Positions 53,508-63,677 are shown, counted from the first letter of the stretch. The stretch is DNA of 64,000 bases from an uncultured virus (IMG/VR IMGVR_UViG_3300028800_000077) (IMGVR_UViG_3300028800_000077), one strand, 5' to 3'. The notes: generated from the sequence alone by a model not told the origin. Translations and numbers: made by a program.

Positions 53508-55364
53508 ATGCCGACAGCCGTTCCCGTTCCAGCCTTCACCGATACCGGATTCGACCCGCCGCTTGAGTCCGACATCCTTGCGGGCGTCGAGGCCGACTTC
53601 AACGCGGCCTTCAACACGACGCTCAACTTCGGCACGCCGGTCAATCCAACGCCACAAGGTCAACTCGCGTCGACAGAGACGGCGGTGATCGGCAATGCGA
53701 ACGATCAGTTCTGCGAACTGGCCAACAGTGTCGACCCGGCTTTCGCGAGCGGTCGCATGCAGGACGCCATCGCGCGCATCTACTTTCTGTCGCGGCTGCC
53801 GGCCGAGCCGACCGTGGTGTCCTGTCTGTGCATCGGTGACATCGGAGTTACGATCCCGCCGGGCTCGCTGGCGCAGGCGACCGATGGGAACATCTACTAC
53901 GCCGTCGACGGCGGAACGATCCCGCTCTCGGGCAACATCACGCTGCAATTCGCATGTCAGGTCACGGGGCCGATTCCATGCCCGTCCAACACGCTGAACC
54001 GGATTTACCGGATCGTTCCCGGCTGGAACACGATCAACAATCCGGCTGACGGCGTGCTGGGCAACGACGTCGAGAGCCGCGCGGCCTTCGAGTTCCGGCG
54101 CGAGCAGTCGGTTGCCGCGAACTCCGTGGGCTTCCTGCCGTCCGTGCTCGGATCGGTGCTCAAGGTGTCCGGCGTTCTCGACGCCTATGCGACGGACAAT
54201 CCGAACGCCTTCGATGTGGCGGCCACGCCGAGCGCCGTCATCCAAGGCCACATCTCCGGCACGACGCTGACGGTGACGGGCGTGCTGAGCGGCACCATCG
54301 CAATCGGCCAGACGGTCACGGGTTCGTCCGGTGGCGTTGCGGTGCAGAGCGGGACCGTGATCACGGGCGGCAGCGGCACGTCATGGACGGTCAATCACTC
54401 GCAGACGGTTGGCGCAAGCACGATGAACCTTGGCGGTGTCGTCCTCGGGCCGAACGCGCTCTACGTGGCGGCGGTCGGCGGCGACTCGACGGACGTGGCC
54501 ACGGCCATCTGGAACAAGAAAGCGCCCGGCTGCCCGTACTACGCGGGCAACACGACGGTCACGGTGTACGACGCGAGCGTCCAGTACACGCCGCCCGGCG
54601 TGCCCTACACGGTCATCTATGAGACGCCGCCGGCCCTGCCGTTCGCCTTCACCGTCACGATTGCCAACAGCCCGTTCGTGCCGGCCAATGCGACGGCCTT
54701 GATCCAGAACGCCATCATCAACGCCTTTGCCGGCGCGGATGGTGGCTCGCGCGCACGCATCGGCGGGACCGTCTTCGCGAGCCGGTTCTATGCTCCCGTG
54801 CTGGCGCTGGGCACGTGGGCTGAAATCATCTCGCTCCTGCTGGGAACACAGAACGCTCCGACCGCGACCGCGACCGCGACCATGGGCTCAGCCTTCACGG
54901 CAACGGGTTCGGGCACGAACCTCACCGTGTCAGCGATCTCCTCGGGCTATCTCTCGGCGGGCGACATCATCGCGGGCGCGGGCATCACGCTCGGCACCAC
55001 CATCCTCTCGCAGACGAGCGGCACGCCGGGCGGCACGGGCGTCTATGTCACGAGCGTCGCCACGTCGGCGACGGCCGCGTCGTGCACGGCCATGTCGAGT
55101 GTGCTGAACGTGACGGCGATCACCGGCACGGCTGCGGCTGGCCAGTTCGTGTTCGACAATACGTCGACCGTGACAGAGGGCACGCTGATCTCGTCGCAAC
55201 TCACCGGCTCGGCCGGAAGCACCGGCACCTATCAGACGAGCATCGTCCAGAGCTTCGCCAGCGAGAGCGTGCAGTTGGTGGCTCCGACGCTGACGTCGGT
55301 CGGCGTGCGGATCAATCAGGTGCCGACGTTGACGCCGGCTTGCATCAACGTGGTGTTCGTATGA
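53508..55364 (+). CDS. Baseplate J-like protein with three inserted beta modules
   Basis: TPQGQLA, DP..A.GRMQDAI.RIYFL.R, G.DVESRA.FE.RR, KKAPGC, IG..V.ASRFY. Confidence 0.88.
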   Translation: MPTAVPVPAFTDTGFDPPLESDILAGVEADFNAAFNTTLNFGTPVNPTPQGQLASTETAVIGNANDQFCELANSVDPAFASGRMQDAIARIYFLSRLPAEPTVVSCLCIGDIGVTIPPGSLAQATDGNIYYAVDGGTIPLSGNITLQFACQVTGPIPCPSNTLNRIYRIVPGWNTINNPADGVLGNDVESRAAFEFRREQSVAANSVGFLPSVLGSVLKVSGVLDAYATDNPNAFDVAATPSAVIQGHISGTTLTVTGVLSGTIAIGQTVTGSSGGVAVQSGTVITGGSGTSWTVNHSQTVGASTMNLGGVVLGPNALYVAAVGGDSTDVATAIWNKKAPGCPYYAGNTTVTVYDASVQYTPPGVPYTVIYETPPALPFAFTVTIANSPFVPANATALIQNAIINAFAGADGGSRARIGGTVFASRFYAPVLALGTWAEIISLLLGTQNAPTATATATMGSAFTATGSGTNLTVSAISSGYLSAGDIIAGAGITLGTTILSQTSGTPGGTGVYVTSVATSATAASCTAMSSVLNVTAITGTAAAGQFVFDNTSTVTEGTLISSQLTGSAGSTGTYQTSIVQSFASESVQLVAPTLTSVGVRINQVPTLTPACINVVFV

Positions 55365-55933
55365 CGGCTCCGTTCGACTGGGAAGCCACCGTTATCAGCC
55401 AGTACGCGAACAGCAACACGATCCTGTCGCTGCTGGAAAGTTATGCCGCTTCCGTCGACCCGACGCTCAACATCGATCGCTTCTACAATCTCGTGTGGAA
55501 CGTGGCGACGGCTCAGGGCTGGGGCCTCGATGTGTGGGGCCGCATCGTCGTGGTGAGCCGGGCGCTCAAGGTGAACTCGCGCTATTTCGGCTTCCACGAG
55601 GGAGCGCCGGATTTCGATCCTTTCAACGTGTCCCCGTTCTTCAACGGGCAGGACACGACACAGAACTTCATCCTGTCGGACGATGCCTATCGCATCCTGA
55701 TCTACGCCAAGGCGCTGGCGAACATCACCTACGGCTCGATCCCCGGCATCAATCGCGTGCTGCAGCTTCTCTTTCCCGGTCGCGGCCCGTGCTACGTGAC
55801 GGACGGTCAGGATATGACCATGACCTACACGTTCAATTTCCAGCCGACGCAGGTCGAGTTGGCGATCATCGAAACCTCGAATGTCTTGCCTCGCCCGACC
55901 GGCGTGGCAGTCTCCTATGTGGTGAGCCCGTAG
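55361..55933 (+). CDS. Baseplate wedge protein (DUF2612-like)
   Basis: ISQYANS, TAQG.GLD.WGRIV, LSDDAYR.LI..KA..NI, LPRP.GV. Confidence 0.85.
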   Translation: MTAPFDWEATVISQYANSNTILSLLESYAASVDPTLNIDRFYNLVWNVATAQGWGLDVWGRIVVVSRALKVNSRYFGFHEGAPDFDPFNVSPFFNGQDTTQNFILSDDAYRILIYAKALANITYGSIPGINRVLQLLFPGRGPCYVTDGQDMTMTYTFNFQPTQVELAIIETSNVLPRPTGVAVSYVVSP

Positions 55934-55934
55934 T

Positions 55935-57098
55935 ATGAACGCTGCAGACATCCCTACCCTGATCTCGGTGCCGTTCGCGCTCGATGCCGGCGGCGCTACC
56001 CGTTCAACGATCCCGCCGACGACGGTCACGCCGGGACGCGCGTCATGGCACGTCGGATTCAGTGGCGTGAACATGGAGCCGATTGCCAGCGGCGGCATTG
56101 CGCCATTCGGGCAGGACATGAACGGTGTGCTCTACTCGATGAGCGTGTGGCTGCAGTGGCTCAATGCCGGCGGCCCGCTGCCCTACAGTGCTGCCTTCTC
56201 GTCCATCGTTGGCGGCTATCCGCAAGGTGCCGTGATCATGGCGGCTGGCGGCCTCGGTTGGTGGCTGTCGCTGATCGACGCCAACACGAGCGATCCCGAC
56301 ACGGGTGGATCGAACTGGCAATTCCTCGGCTTCCAGCAAGTATGGGCCGGCGATCCGAACGGTCATGTTGCTGGCGTCGCGGCCACGGCCGCATCGTCGC
56401 CGTCGCTCTGCTGGGATAGCACGGACGGCGCGTTTTGGGTGTGCACCACGACCGGCAACGCGGCGAGCGCGGTGTGGCAGAGCCAAGCCAATCTCGTGCC
56501 GGTCAATCCCAACGTCACGGGCACGACGAAGAATTACACGCGCTCGGACTTCGGGCAGGTGCGCGTTCGCAACAACACCATCATCGGCGCGAACATGGTG
56601 GACACGCTGCCGACGCTGGGCTCGGTCGCGAACGGTTGGTGGACTACGATCATCAACGGCGATCCGGTCTACACCGACACGGTCGGCGTTCCCACGGGGC
56701 GCAAGCTCAATGGCCTGATCAACGGCACCGTGACGCTGTCGTCCGGGCAGAGCATCACGGTGAACTGCGACGTCAATGGCGACTACTGGCTGACGGTGCC
56801 GCCGATCCCGACGTTTTTCACCGGGCAGGCGATCTACATCACGACGAGCGGCACCTATCCGCCGGGCCTCTACGATCTCGACAGTCGCGGCGGCCCTTTC
56901 ACCTTCACGATGGAATTGTTGGCCTCGAACGGCGACAACTACCAACTGCGTGATGTTGGCTTCGCGATGGGCCTCAACAATGTCACGCTCAATCCCAACG
57001 GTCGCACCATCGACGGCATCGCCGGCAATCAGGCGTTGAACGTCAACGGGTTCGACATGGTTTACTCTTTGACCGGCACTGACTGGAGTCCGCAATGA
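55935..57098 (+). CDS. Tail fibre protein
   Basis: PFA, AS...GF, GG..P.GQDMNG.L, GGYP.GA baseplate-attachment N-terminus. Confidence 0.8.
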   Translation: MNAADIPTLISVPFALDAGGATRSTIPPTTVTPGRASWHVGFSGVNMEPIASGGIAPFGQDMNGVLYSMSVWLQWLNAGGPLPYSAAFSSIVGGYPQGAVIMAAGGLGWWLSLIDANTSDPDTGGSNWQFLGFQQVWAGDPNGHVAGVAATAASSPSLCWDSTDGAFWVCTTTGNAASAVWQSQANLVPVNPNVTGTTKNYTRSDFGQVRVRNNTIIGANMVDTLPTLGSVANGWWTTIINGDPVYTDTVGVPTGRKLNGLINGTVTLSSGQSITVNCDVNGDYWLTVPPIPTFFTGQAIYITTSGTYPPGLYDLDSRGGPFTFTMELLASNGDNYQLRDVGFAMGLNNVTLNPNGRTIDGIAGNQALNVNGFDMVYSLTGTDWSPQ

Positions 57099-59557
57099 CC
57101 GCGCTTTCCAATACCATCAAGAACGGCCAGATCACGAACGTCCCGGCGGGCTATGCCGCCATCGCGGCCAACTCGCTCGTCGAGATCGGCGGCCCCGGCA
57201 ACGAGGCGTGGCCCGTCGCGACTACGGACTATGCTGTCATCGGTGCTGGACCGATTGTTCCCGAGACGAAGTTCTCGTCCTACTACGTGGAATACGGCTC
57301 GTACATTCCGATGGCGAGAGATCGGGCGGGCAACGTCTACACGCTCTTTCCGGGGGCGGGTAACGCTCAAGGGCTGCAGGTCAACAAGACGCCGCCGGCC
57401 GATGGTAGCGTGACGCTGACGGCGCAGCTTTCGGGCGCCACCTACTTCACGTCAGCGCTCGCGCAGCTTTCCAACGGCACGTTCGTCGCCGCCTACAATG
57501 CCACCAACACATACTTCACGATCTTCGACGCGGGCCTGAACATCCTCGCCGGCCCAATCAATATCGGCCTCGCCTACAGTCCGTCGCCGGCTAACTATCA
57601 GTTGTTCGGACTTTGCGCCTTGTCGGGCGGCGGTTTCGCCATCGCCTTCCAGTCCAGCGCAGGCACGTCTGTCCAGTTCGCGACCTACACCAATGCCGGC
57701 GTCCAGATCGTCGCGCCGACGAACATCCAGACGCTTGCTGGGGGCACCGTTGTGTCGCTTGCGATGGCGCAGCTTTCGAGCGGCAACATCGTCGTGGCCT
57801 TCAACGGCACGGCGACGGCTGGCGGCACTGCCGGCATCAATCACGTCGTCGTCACGGTTGGCGGCGCGGCTGTCGCTGGTCCGACGAACACGGCGTCGTC
57901 TAGCGCGGCGGCTGGGCAGCTTGTCCAGATCGCCACGATGACCGGCTTCTATTCTGTTGCCGGTGCTCATGGGACTACCGCAACGTCCGGCGTCTATAGC
58001 AATGCGGGAGCCGTTCAGGGGACGCCTGCGAACATCACAATCGGAGGATCGGCGTCTGTCGCTCCCAAGTTCAAGGTACTTTCTGACGGCATCCAATTCT
58101 GGTTCCTCGGGCTGTCGTCGCCTTCAATCGTTTGCAGCAGGATTTCGACAGCCGGCGTTGTCCTCGCAACGAACTCCTCTATCGGCGGATCGACGGCGAC
58201 TTACCTAAACTACAACATGGACGCCGCTCTCGTGAACGATGTGATTATCGTTCTGCTTGTGCCGTGTTATGGGCACTCTCTTTCTTCGCCTACATATGCG
58301 TCGTGGTTGAGCATCGGTCTGGCCGATGCGTCGCTCGGCGTCGTCGGTCCCTATCAGCGCAAGGGCATCACCGCGTTCGGTGCGGTCAACTACAATGGCA
58401 CCGATTGCGTAGCGCTGGGATGCCTAAGCGGCGGTGGTGGCCTCTATACGGGAACGAGCCCGCCGACCGGGCATCCGGCAACGCCGTCCGTGGTCGGCGA
58501 CTACACGGCACTTTTTGCTTATGACAACCAAGGATCGCAGGGCACGTATTTCGCCGCTTCCAAAGTGGAGTCGACGGCCGTCGTCGGCGTCGGGCAGCCT
58601 GCGCTCGCGCAAGGATTTTCCGGGCTCGCCTATTCGGTCAATGCAGGCCCCGGCTCGTACAGCGCCAATCCCGTGGCGGGCACGAACGGGCTCTACTTCA
58701 ACAACGCCTATTCGACGCCGTCCGGCGGCATCGGCACGATCTACAACGACGGGATCGACATCGGCCGTGATCCGAACGTCATAAGCGGCCTACTCCCCGG
58801 CACGGCGACGCTGCCGTCGAATGGCGGCGCGTTCAAGTCGTCAATCATTCTGTTCGACACGAAGCCGGGCACGCGCAACTTCACCGTACCGGCGGGCGTC
58901 ACGCGCATTCGTCCGTTCATCTGCGGCGGCGGCGCGTCGGAAGGCGGCGGCGGCGGCGGCTATTCCGAGATCGTGCTGACAGTGAAGCCGGGACAGGTTT
59001 ACGCCTACACGGTCGGCAATAGCGGAAGTCCCGCCGGCCAAACTTCGGCCTTCGGCGGCATCCTCTCTGCTACAGGTGGAAATTACAACGGCGGCGTTGG
59101 CGGCGCGGGCTCGGGCGGCAGCATCAACACGAGCGGCGGCACTGGCAATGCGAGCGGCGGCGGTGGTGCCGCAGGCAATCGCTTCGGCGATGGCTTCTCG
59201 GCGGTCGGACTGGCGGGAGCGGGATGGTCATCTGCCGGCTATCTCGTCGGCGGCTCGAATTGCATCGACGGCTGGGGGCTCGGCCTACTTCCGGGCGTCC
59301 CTGCATCATACTCCGTTCTAGCCTCGTCGGGCTCCGGGTATGGCGTCGGCATTGCCGTGACGCCATCCGGCTACGGTTGCGGCGGCTCGGCCGAAAACTC
59401 GGGCACCGGCGTTTCTGGCCCCGGTGGTCCCGGTGGCGGCGGTGGCGGCGGCGGTACTCTTGGTGCGCCCGCTGGCATTGCCGGCGGCGGCGGCTACGGT
59501 GCAAGTGGCGCTGGCAGCGGTGGCGTCGGCTTTGTCGGAGTGGAGATTTTGGGATGA
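57095..59557 (+). CDS. Putative receptor-binding/tail protein with Gly-rich C-terminus
   Basis: Beta-rich repeats; FTVPAGVT.I....GGG Gly-rich domain. Confidence 0.7.
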   Translation: MTALSNTIKNGQITNVPAGYAAIAANSLVEIGGPGNEAWPVATTDYAVIGAGPIVPETKFSSYYVEYGSYIPMARDRAGNVYTLFPGAGNAQGLQVNKTPPADGSVTLTAQLSGATYFTSALAQLSNGTFVAAYNATNTYFTIFDAGLNILAGPINIGLAYSPSPANYQLFGLCALSGGGFAIAFQSSAGTSVQFATYTNAGVQIVAPTNIQTLAGGTVVSLAMAQLSSGNIVVAFNGTATAGGTAGINHVVVTVGGAAVAGPTNTASSSAAAGQLVQIATMTGFYSVAGAHGTTATSGVYSNAGAVQGTPANITIGGSASVAPKFKVLSDGIQFWFLGLSSPSIVCSRISTAGVVLATNSSIGGSTATYLNYNMDAALVNDVIIVLLVPCYGHSLSSPTYASWLSIGLADASLGVVGPYQRKGITAFGAVNYNGTDCVALGCLSGGGGLYTGTSPPTGHPATPSVVGDYTALFAYDNQGSQGTYFAASKVESTAVVGVGQPALAQGFSGLAYSVNAGPGSYSANPVAGTNGLYFNNAYSTPSGGIGTIYNDGIDIGRDPNVISGLLPGTATLPSNGGAFKSSIILFDTKPGTRNFTVPAGVTRIRPFICGGGASEGGGGGGYSEIVLTVKPGQVYAYTVGNSGSPAGQTSAFGGILSATGGNYNGGVGGAGSGGSINTSGGTGNASGGGGAAGNRFGDGFSAVGLAGAGWSSAGYLVGGSNCIDGWGLGLLPGVPASYSVLASSGSGYGVGIAVTPSGYGCGGSAENSGTGVSGPGGPGGGGGGGGTLGAPAGIAGGGGYGASGAGSGGVGFVGVEILG

Positions 59558-59721
59558 CCATGTACGCTCGCGTTGTGAACACTCTCGTTGTCGAGGTGGC
59601 CGATCAGGCCGCCTACAACACGTTCAACCCCACGGTACAGGCGATGTTCATCGTCTGCCCGGACAACGTCGAACCTTTCTGGACCTACACGCCGCCGTCG
59701 ACTTGGACGCCGCCGGCCTGA
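59554..59721 (+). CDS. Small tail-fibre-associated protein
   Basis: YARV....VVE...CPD.V...WTY....WTPP. Confidence 0.65.
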   Translation: MTMYARVVNTLVVEVADQAAYNTFNPTVQAMFIVCPDNVEPFWTYTPPSTWTPPA

Positions 59722-59948
59722 GCCTGTGGTGAGGCTGGCGCGGGTGCCGTCCCTTGGGGTGGCACCCTGATAGCCTCCCGCCCGGTCGCCCTCTGGCGGC
59801 CATCTACGTCAATTCTGGAGCTACCTTGCGGCCCTTACCCTTCAGGGCTTGCCGGGCGGGGGTCGCGGACCCTCTGCCGCCGGGGGTGTTTGCCTTCGGC
59901 GGCAGGCGGCTCCTCTCTCAAGAACGGGGGGAAGAAAGGCCAAGAGCA

Positions 59949-60239
59949 ATGGCAAACGTCAATGGAAACGGCAACGGCAACCTTGCGAACATGAGCCTGT
60001 CAGTTCGCGACATCGTGGTGGGGGGTGTCATCGTGATCCCCATGATCATCGCGGCTGCTGTCACCTACAACACGATTGTCAGTGATGTCGGGGCTCTGAA
60101 AAGAGACGTTCAGGAAATCCGCGACCACCAAAAGCAGACATTCCGGACGCTCAATCGCATCCTGACGAGCTTGGGAGTCGAGCCGGCCGCCGATCAGGAT
60201 GGCGACGCTCCGGTCATCCCGGCGGTGAAGCGCAAGTGA
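59949..60239 (+). CDS. Single-TM coiled-coil protein (holin-like)
   Basis: One TM followed by coiled coil; upstream of endolysin. Confidence 0.55.
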   Translation: MANVNGNGNGNLANMSLSVRDIVVGGVIVIPMIIAAAVTYNTIVSDVGALKRDVQEIRDHQKQTFRTLNRILTSLGVEPAADQDGDAPVIPAVKRK

Positions 60240-60258
60240 CATGGAACGGGGGCTTTGA

Positions 60259-60642
60259 ATGCCATTCGATACCATCATCGGACTGGTAAGCGTCATTATC
60301 GCCGGCATCGTGGCGCTGGTGTCCATTCGTCAGAGCATGGTGAGACAGAACAACGATCTCACGACTAGGCTGGAGAAGCAGACAAACGATCTCGCAACTA
60401 AGCTGGAACGACAGGTCGCCGATCTTGCGGACAAGCTGGAAAAGCACACCGCCGACATGGCGGCGCGGTTGGCGGAAAAGACAAAGAGCGATCTCGATCA
60501 TCTTCGCGAGATGATGGACTTGAAGTTCAACCTGCTGTCTGTCCTGAATGTAAAGGACAGCGCCACGCTGTTTCAGATGATCGACCGCAAGATCGAAGAA
60601 TCGCGCGCAGAGCGAGCGGCAGCAGAAGGGAAGAAATCATGA
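60259..60642 (+). CDS. N-terminal TM coiled-coil protein (holin/antiholin-like)
   Basis: TM then 11-residue repeats (NDLTTRLEKQT/NDLATKLERQV/ADLADKLEKHT). Confidence 0.55.
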   Translation: MPFDTIIGLVSVIIAGIVALVSIRQSMVRQNNDLTTRLEKQTNDLATKLERQVADLADKLEKHTADMAARLAEKTKSDLDHLREMMDLKFNLLSVLNVKDSATLFQMIDRKIEESRAERAAAEGKKS

Positions 60643-61364
60643 CGACGTGGATTGTTGCCTCGCCATTTGCTGATCCCGCTTTGGAGCGCGAACTAGTGTG
60701 GGTGGCGCAGATGTTGACGGCGGCCGAGGCTACGGCGCTCAAGCTCAAGGTGTCGCCGGCCGCCATCGTAGCGCAGGCCGCGCTCGAAAGCGGCTGGGGC
60801 CAGAGCCGCGTCGGCAACTGCAACCTGTTCGGCATCAAGGCCGATCACGCTTGGACCGGCGCGAAGGTCAAGGTTCGCACGCGCGAGTTCTTGGCCGGTG
60901 AGTGGGAGGAGGAGGACGACTGGTTTCGGGATTACCCGGACTATGCCGCCTGCATCGCCGACCATCTCGCGTTCCTGAGCCAGAACGAGCGCTACCGTGA
61001 TGCCGGCGTGTTCGACGGCAAAGGCGATGCGGCGTTCTTCGAGGCGCTGCAGCGCGCCGGCTACGCCACCGACCCGCACTATGCGGAGTCGCTGATCGCG
61101 ATTGAGAACACGGTCATGACCTACTTCATGCCGCACCTGTCGAGCGATGGGACATCGTTCCCGCCGATCCCTCCTACGCCTCGCACCATGCTGATCGGCT
61201 GCTCAGGCGCAGATGTGGCGGCCCTGCAGCGCAAGCTCGGTATCTCCGACGATGGCGTCTTCGGCCCGCAAACCGCGAGTGCAATCCGCGAGGCGCAGAA
61301 GTATCATGGCTTGCAAGCCGATGGCATCGTCGGCCCAGCGACGCGGGCGGCTATCGGCCTGTAA
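60639..61364 (+). CDS. Endolysin: GH73 glucosaminidase/FlgJ-like plus peptidoglycan-binding domain
   Basis: AQAALESGWG, NLFGIKA, FRDY, GYATDP.Y; DGVFGP.T...Q...GL.ADGIVGP.T. Confidence 0.92.
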   Translation: MTTWIVASPFADPALERELVWVAQMLTAAEATALKLKVSPAAIVAQAALESGWGQSRVGNCNLFGIKADHAWTGAKVKVRTREFLAGEWEEEDDWFRDYPDYAACIADHLAFLSQNERYRDAGVFDGKGDAAFFEALQRAGYATDPHYAESLIAIENTVMTYFMPHLSSDGTSFPPIPPTPRTMLIGCSGADVAALQRKLGISDDGVFGPQTASAIREAQKYHGLQADGIVGPATRAAIGL

Positions 61365-61382
61365 GAAACGAAGGGGAACTCA

Positions 61383-61727
61383 ATGTTCAAAACGCTCATG
61401 GGCAATAACGATCAACTTTGGGCGCAGTTGACCACGCTGTTCGCGGCAGGCGGTCCCATTGCCGCGCTGTTGTTGCAGATCGGTTTGCCGGCCGATCAGA
61501 CGTCGAACTTCATCAAGATCGTGCAGGCGCTTCTCGTCGTCATCCCGCTTGTCATCAAGATTATTCACGACCGCTCGGCCAACAGTGACCCGGCTCTGCT
61601 CAAGTCGGCCGCCACCGTGAAGGGCGCGGAAGTCTCGGTCGATACGACACGAGGAACTGAGGCGTCGCCCGCAGTCGTTGCCGCCGCGCTGGACACGAGC
61701 AACGCCATCGTGCCGAAGGTCGAGTGA
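61383..61727 (+). CDS. Putative holin
   Basis: Two TM segments; after endolysin. Confidence 0.55.
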   Translation: MFKTLMGNNDQLWAQLTTLFAAGGPIAALLLQIGLPADQTSNFIKIVQALLVVIPLVIKIIHDRSANSDPALLKSAATVKGAEVSVDTTRGTEASPAVVAAALDTSNAIVPKVE

Positions 61728-62506
61728 TGACGGCATGGTACGGGTGCCTTCCCGACATCAAGGACCATCGTGACATCATGCTCGGCCGCATGTCGGCCGC
61801 GCCGCCGCCGCTGATCGCCGATCTCGGCCCGTGGATGCCGCCGACGATGAATCAAGGCCCCATCGGAAGCTGCACTGCGCACGGCGTCTCGGGAGCCGCG
61901 CGCTTCCACATCATCAAGCGTGGCACCACCTACGACTTCCCGATGTCGCGCCTGCAGCTTTACTACGACAGCCGCAAGTCGGAGAACTCGGTGCGCAGCG
62001 ACAGTGGCGCGCAAATCCGCGACGTGATCAAGGTGCTCTCTCAAAGGGGCGTTGGTCACGAGGACTTGTGGCCCTACGACACGGAGAAGTGGTCGCAGGA
62101 GCCGCCGGCAGAACTCTACGATGATGCGGCGCAGTACAAGGCGCTCACCTATCGTCGAGTGAACGTCGACACTAACTCGATCAAGCTCGCTATCGCCTCG
62201 GGCTCGCCGGTCATCGTTGGCATCTCTGTCTACGAGAGCTTCGAGAGCGGCATCGTTGAGAGGACCGGCGTCGTGCCGATGCCCGAGCATGGCGACAAGC
62301 TCGTGGGCGGACACTGCATGCTAGCGTTTGGCTACGGCCAGAAGCCGGGCTACTTCACCGTGCGCAACTCGTGGGGTGAAGACTGGGGCGTGAACGGGAA
62401 CTGCTACATCCCCGACGCCTACCTTGGCAGTTCGGTCTATGGGTCGGACTACTGGGTGATCGACCTGTTCGGCAGCGATGCCGAGCTTGCTGGGCATGTT
62501 GCGTGA
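61727..62506 (+). CDS. Papain-like (C1) cysteine peptidase
   Basis: NQGPIGSCTAH, GGHCM..FGY, RNSWG.DWG..G. Confidence 0.9.
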   Translation: MTAWYGCLPDIKDHRDIMLGRMSAAPPPLIADLGPWMPPTMNQGPIGSCTAHGVSGAARFHIIKRGTTYDFPMSRLQLYYDSRKSENSVRSDSGAQIRDVIKVLSQRGVGHEDLWPYDTEKWSQEPPAELYDDAAQYKALTYRRVNVDTNSIKLAIASGSPVIVGISVYESFESGIVERTGVVPMPEHGDKLVGGHCMLAFGYGQKPGYFTVRNSWGEDWGVNGNCYIPDAYLGSSVYGSDYWVIDLFGSDAELAGHVA

Positions 62507-62904
62507 CGTTCCGCCAGTCTTGGCTCGGCGCGAAGCTCGTGCGGCGCGAAGGCTGGCATGGAGTGCCGACGATCAATCATTGGTGTCCTGCCTGCGGCGA
62601 GGTTCATGGCTTCGCCGTAGACGCTCCATTCAGCAACGGGGCGAAGTGGAGCTTCGACGGCAACATTGAAGCGCCTACGTTCGCGCCGAGCATGAACATC
62701 ACGAACGGGCCGTTTCCAGTGGGATCGAGCCGGGCGGGCAAGACTGAGGTTTGCCACTACTTCCTGCGCGAGGGAAAAATCCAGTACCTCGGCGACTGCA
62801 CACACGAGCTTGCCGGGCAGACCGTTCCCCTGCCTGACATCCCGGCCGAGATCGTTGGTCGGTGGACGCCCATTGAGGGAACGAAGGAGAAGGGCAATGG
62901 CTAA
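62503..62904 (+). CDS. DUF6527-like protein
   Basis: WCPAC...H, WSFDGN...PTF.PS, CH.F...G.I.YL.DCTH.LAGQTV. Confidence 0.75.
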   Translation: MTFRQSWLGAKLVRREGWHGVPTINHWCPACGEVHGFAVDAPFSNGAKWSFDGNIEAPTFAPSMNITNGPFPVGSSRAGKTEVCHYFLREGKIQYLGDCTHELAGQTVPLPDIPAEIVGRWTPIEGTKEKGNG

Positions 62905-63136
62905 GACACCAGCGGAAGTGACCGGCGCGGAGATCGTCGCCGGCAAGGAGGCGCTTCACAAGTTCCTCGAAGCGAACCTGTCTTCGTGGAAGCGCTCGAT
63001 GATTCCCGAGGACATGATCGACAAGGCGATGGAGGAAGTCATCGTGGCGGTCGACGCGGCCCGCGCGCTGGCCGTCCAGCCGAACGAGCCCGAGCAGCCG
63101 CCGCAGCCCGACGAAAACGACGGGGGCGGCACGTGA
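62897..63136 (+). CDS. Hypothetical protein
   Basis: SD AAGGAG. Confidence 0.55.
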   Translation: MAKTPAEVTGAEIVAGKEALHKFLEANLSSWKRSMIPEDMIDKAMEEVIVAVDAARALAVQPNEPEQPPQPDENDGGGT

Positions 63137-63447
63137 GCCGCGTCCGCACGCTCCTCGCGGCGGTTGCGGCCATAGCGATGGGAGCGGGGCTGCCGGGCTG
63201 CGTGACGACGTCCGGCACGACACTGAATGTGCAGGACGTACAGGCCGCCGCCGTGGCCGCCTGCGCCTTCCTGCCGACCGCGACGACCGTGGCCAGCCTG
63301 ATCGCGGCCAATAATCCGGCCTTGAACACGGCCGAGGCCATTGCAGCCGCCATCTGTGCCGCCGTAACGGCCAAATCCGCCCCGCTGGGCGCGTCCGGCC
63401 CCGCCGTGGCAGGTGTGCCCATCCGTGGGCAGTTTACCCTCCAGTGA
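63133..63447 (+). CDS. Putative lipoprotein
   Basis: Signal plus lipobox-like LPG|C. Confidence 0.6.
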   Translation: MSRVRTLLAAVAAIAMGAGLPGCVTTSGTTLNVQDVQAAAVAACAFLPTATTVASLIAANNPALNTAEAIAAAICAAVTAKSAPLGASGPAVAGVPIRGQFTLQ

Positions 63448-63677
63448 ACCCGCTGGCCGCGCTGGCGCTGCTGGAAAACAGCATCAAGCTGGCGCTGGCC
63501 ATAGCCGACGCCGTCCATGACGCCAAGTTGGTCGACATGGGCGCGTCGCTGGCGATCCGGGCGAGCCTGCAGGACGGGCTCAGCCGGATCGCGGCGGCGA
63601 ACAAGGCGGCGGCGGCCGTCGTCGACAGCCCGGAGGCAATCGCCAATGACCCGAACAATCTGGATCGTGGCCTGTAG
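63444..63677 (+). CDS. Putative i-spanin-like protein
   Basis: Hydrophobic N-terminus, helical, ends D..NLDR; overlaps a lipoprotein gene. Confidence 0.5.
   Translation: MNPLAALALLENSIKLALAIADAVHDAKLVDMGASLAIRASLQDGLSRIAAANKAAAAVVDSPEAIANDPNNLDRGL

Noticed and set aside
57095..59948. Diversity-generating retroelement or invertible tail-fibre cassette
   Set aside because: No reverse transcriptase, invertase, or template/variable repeat pair seen
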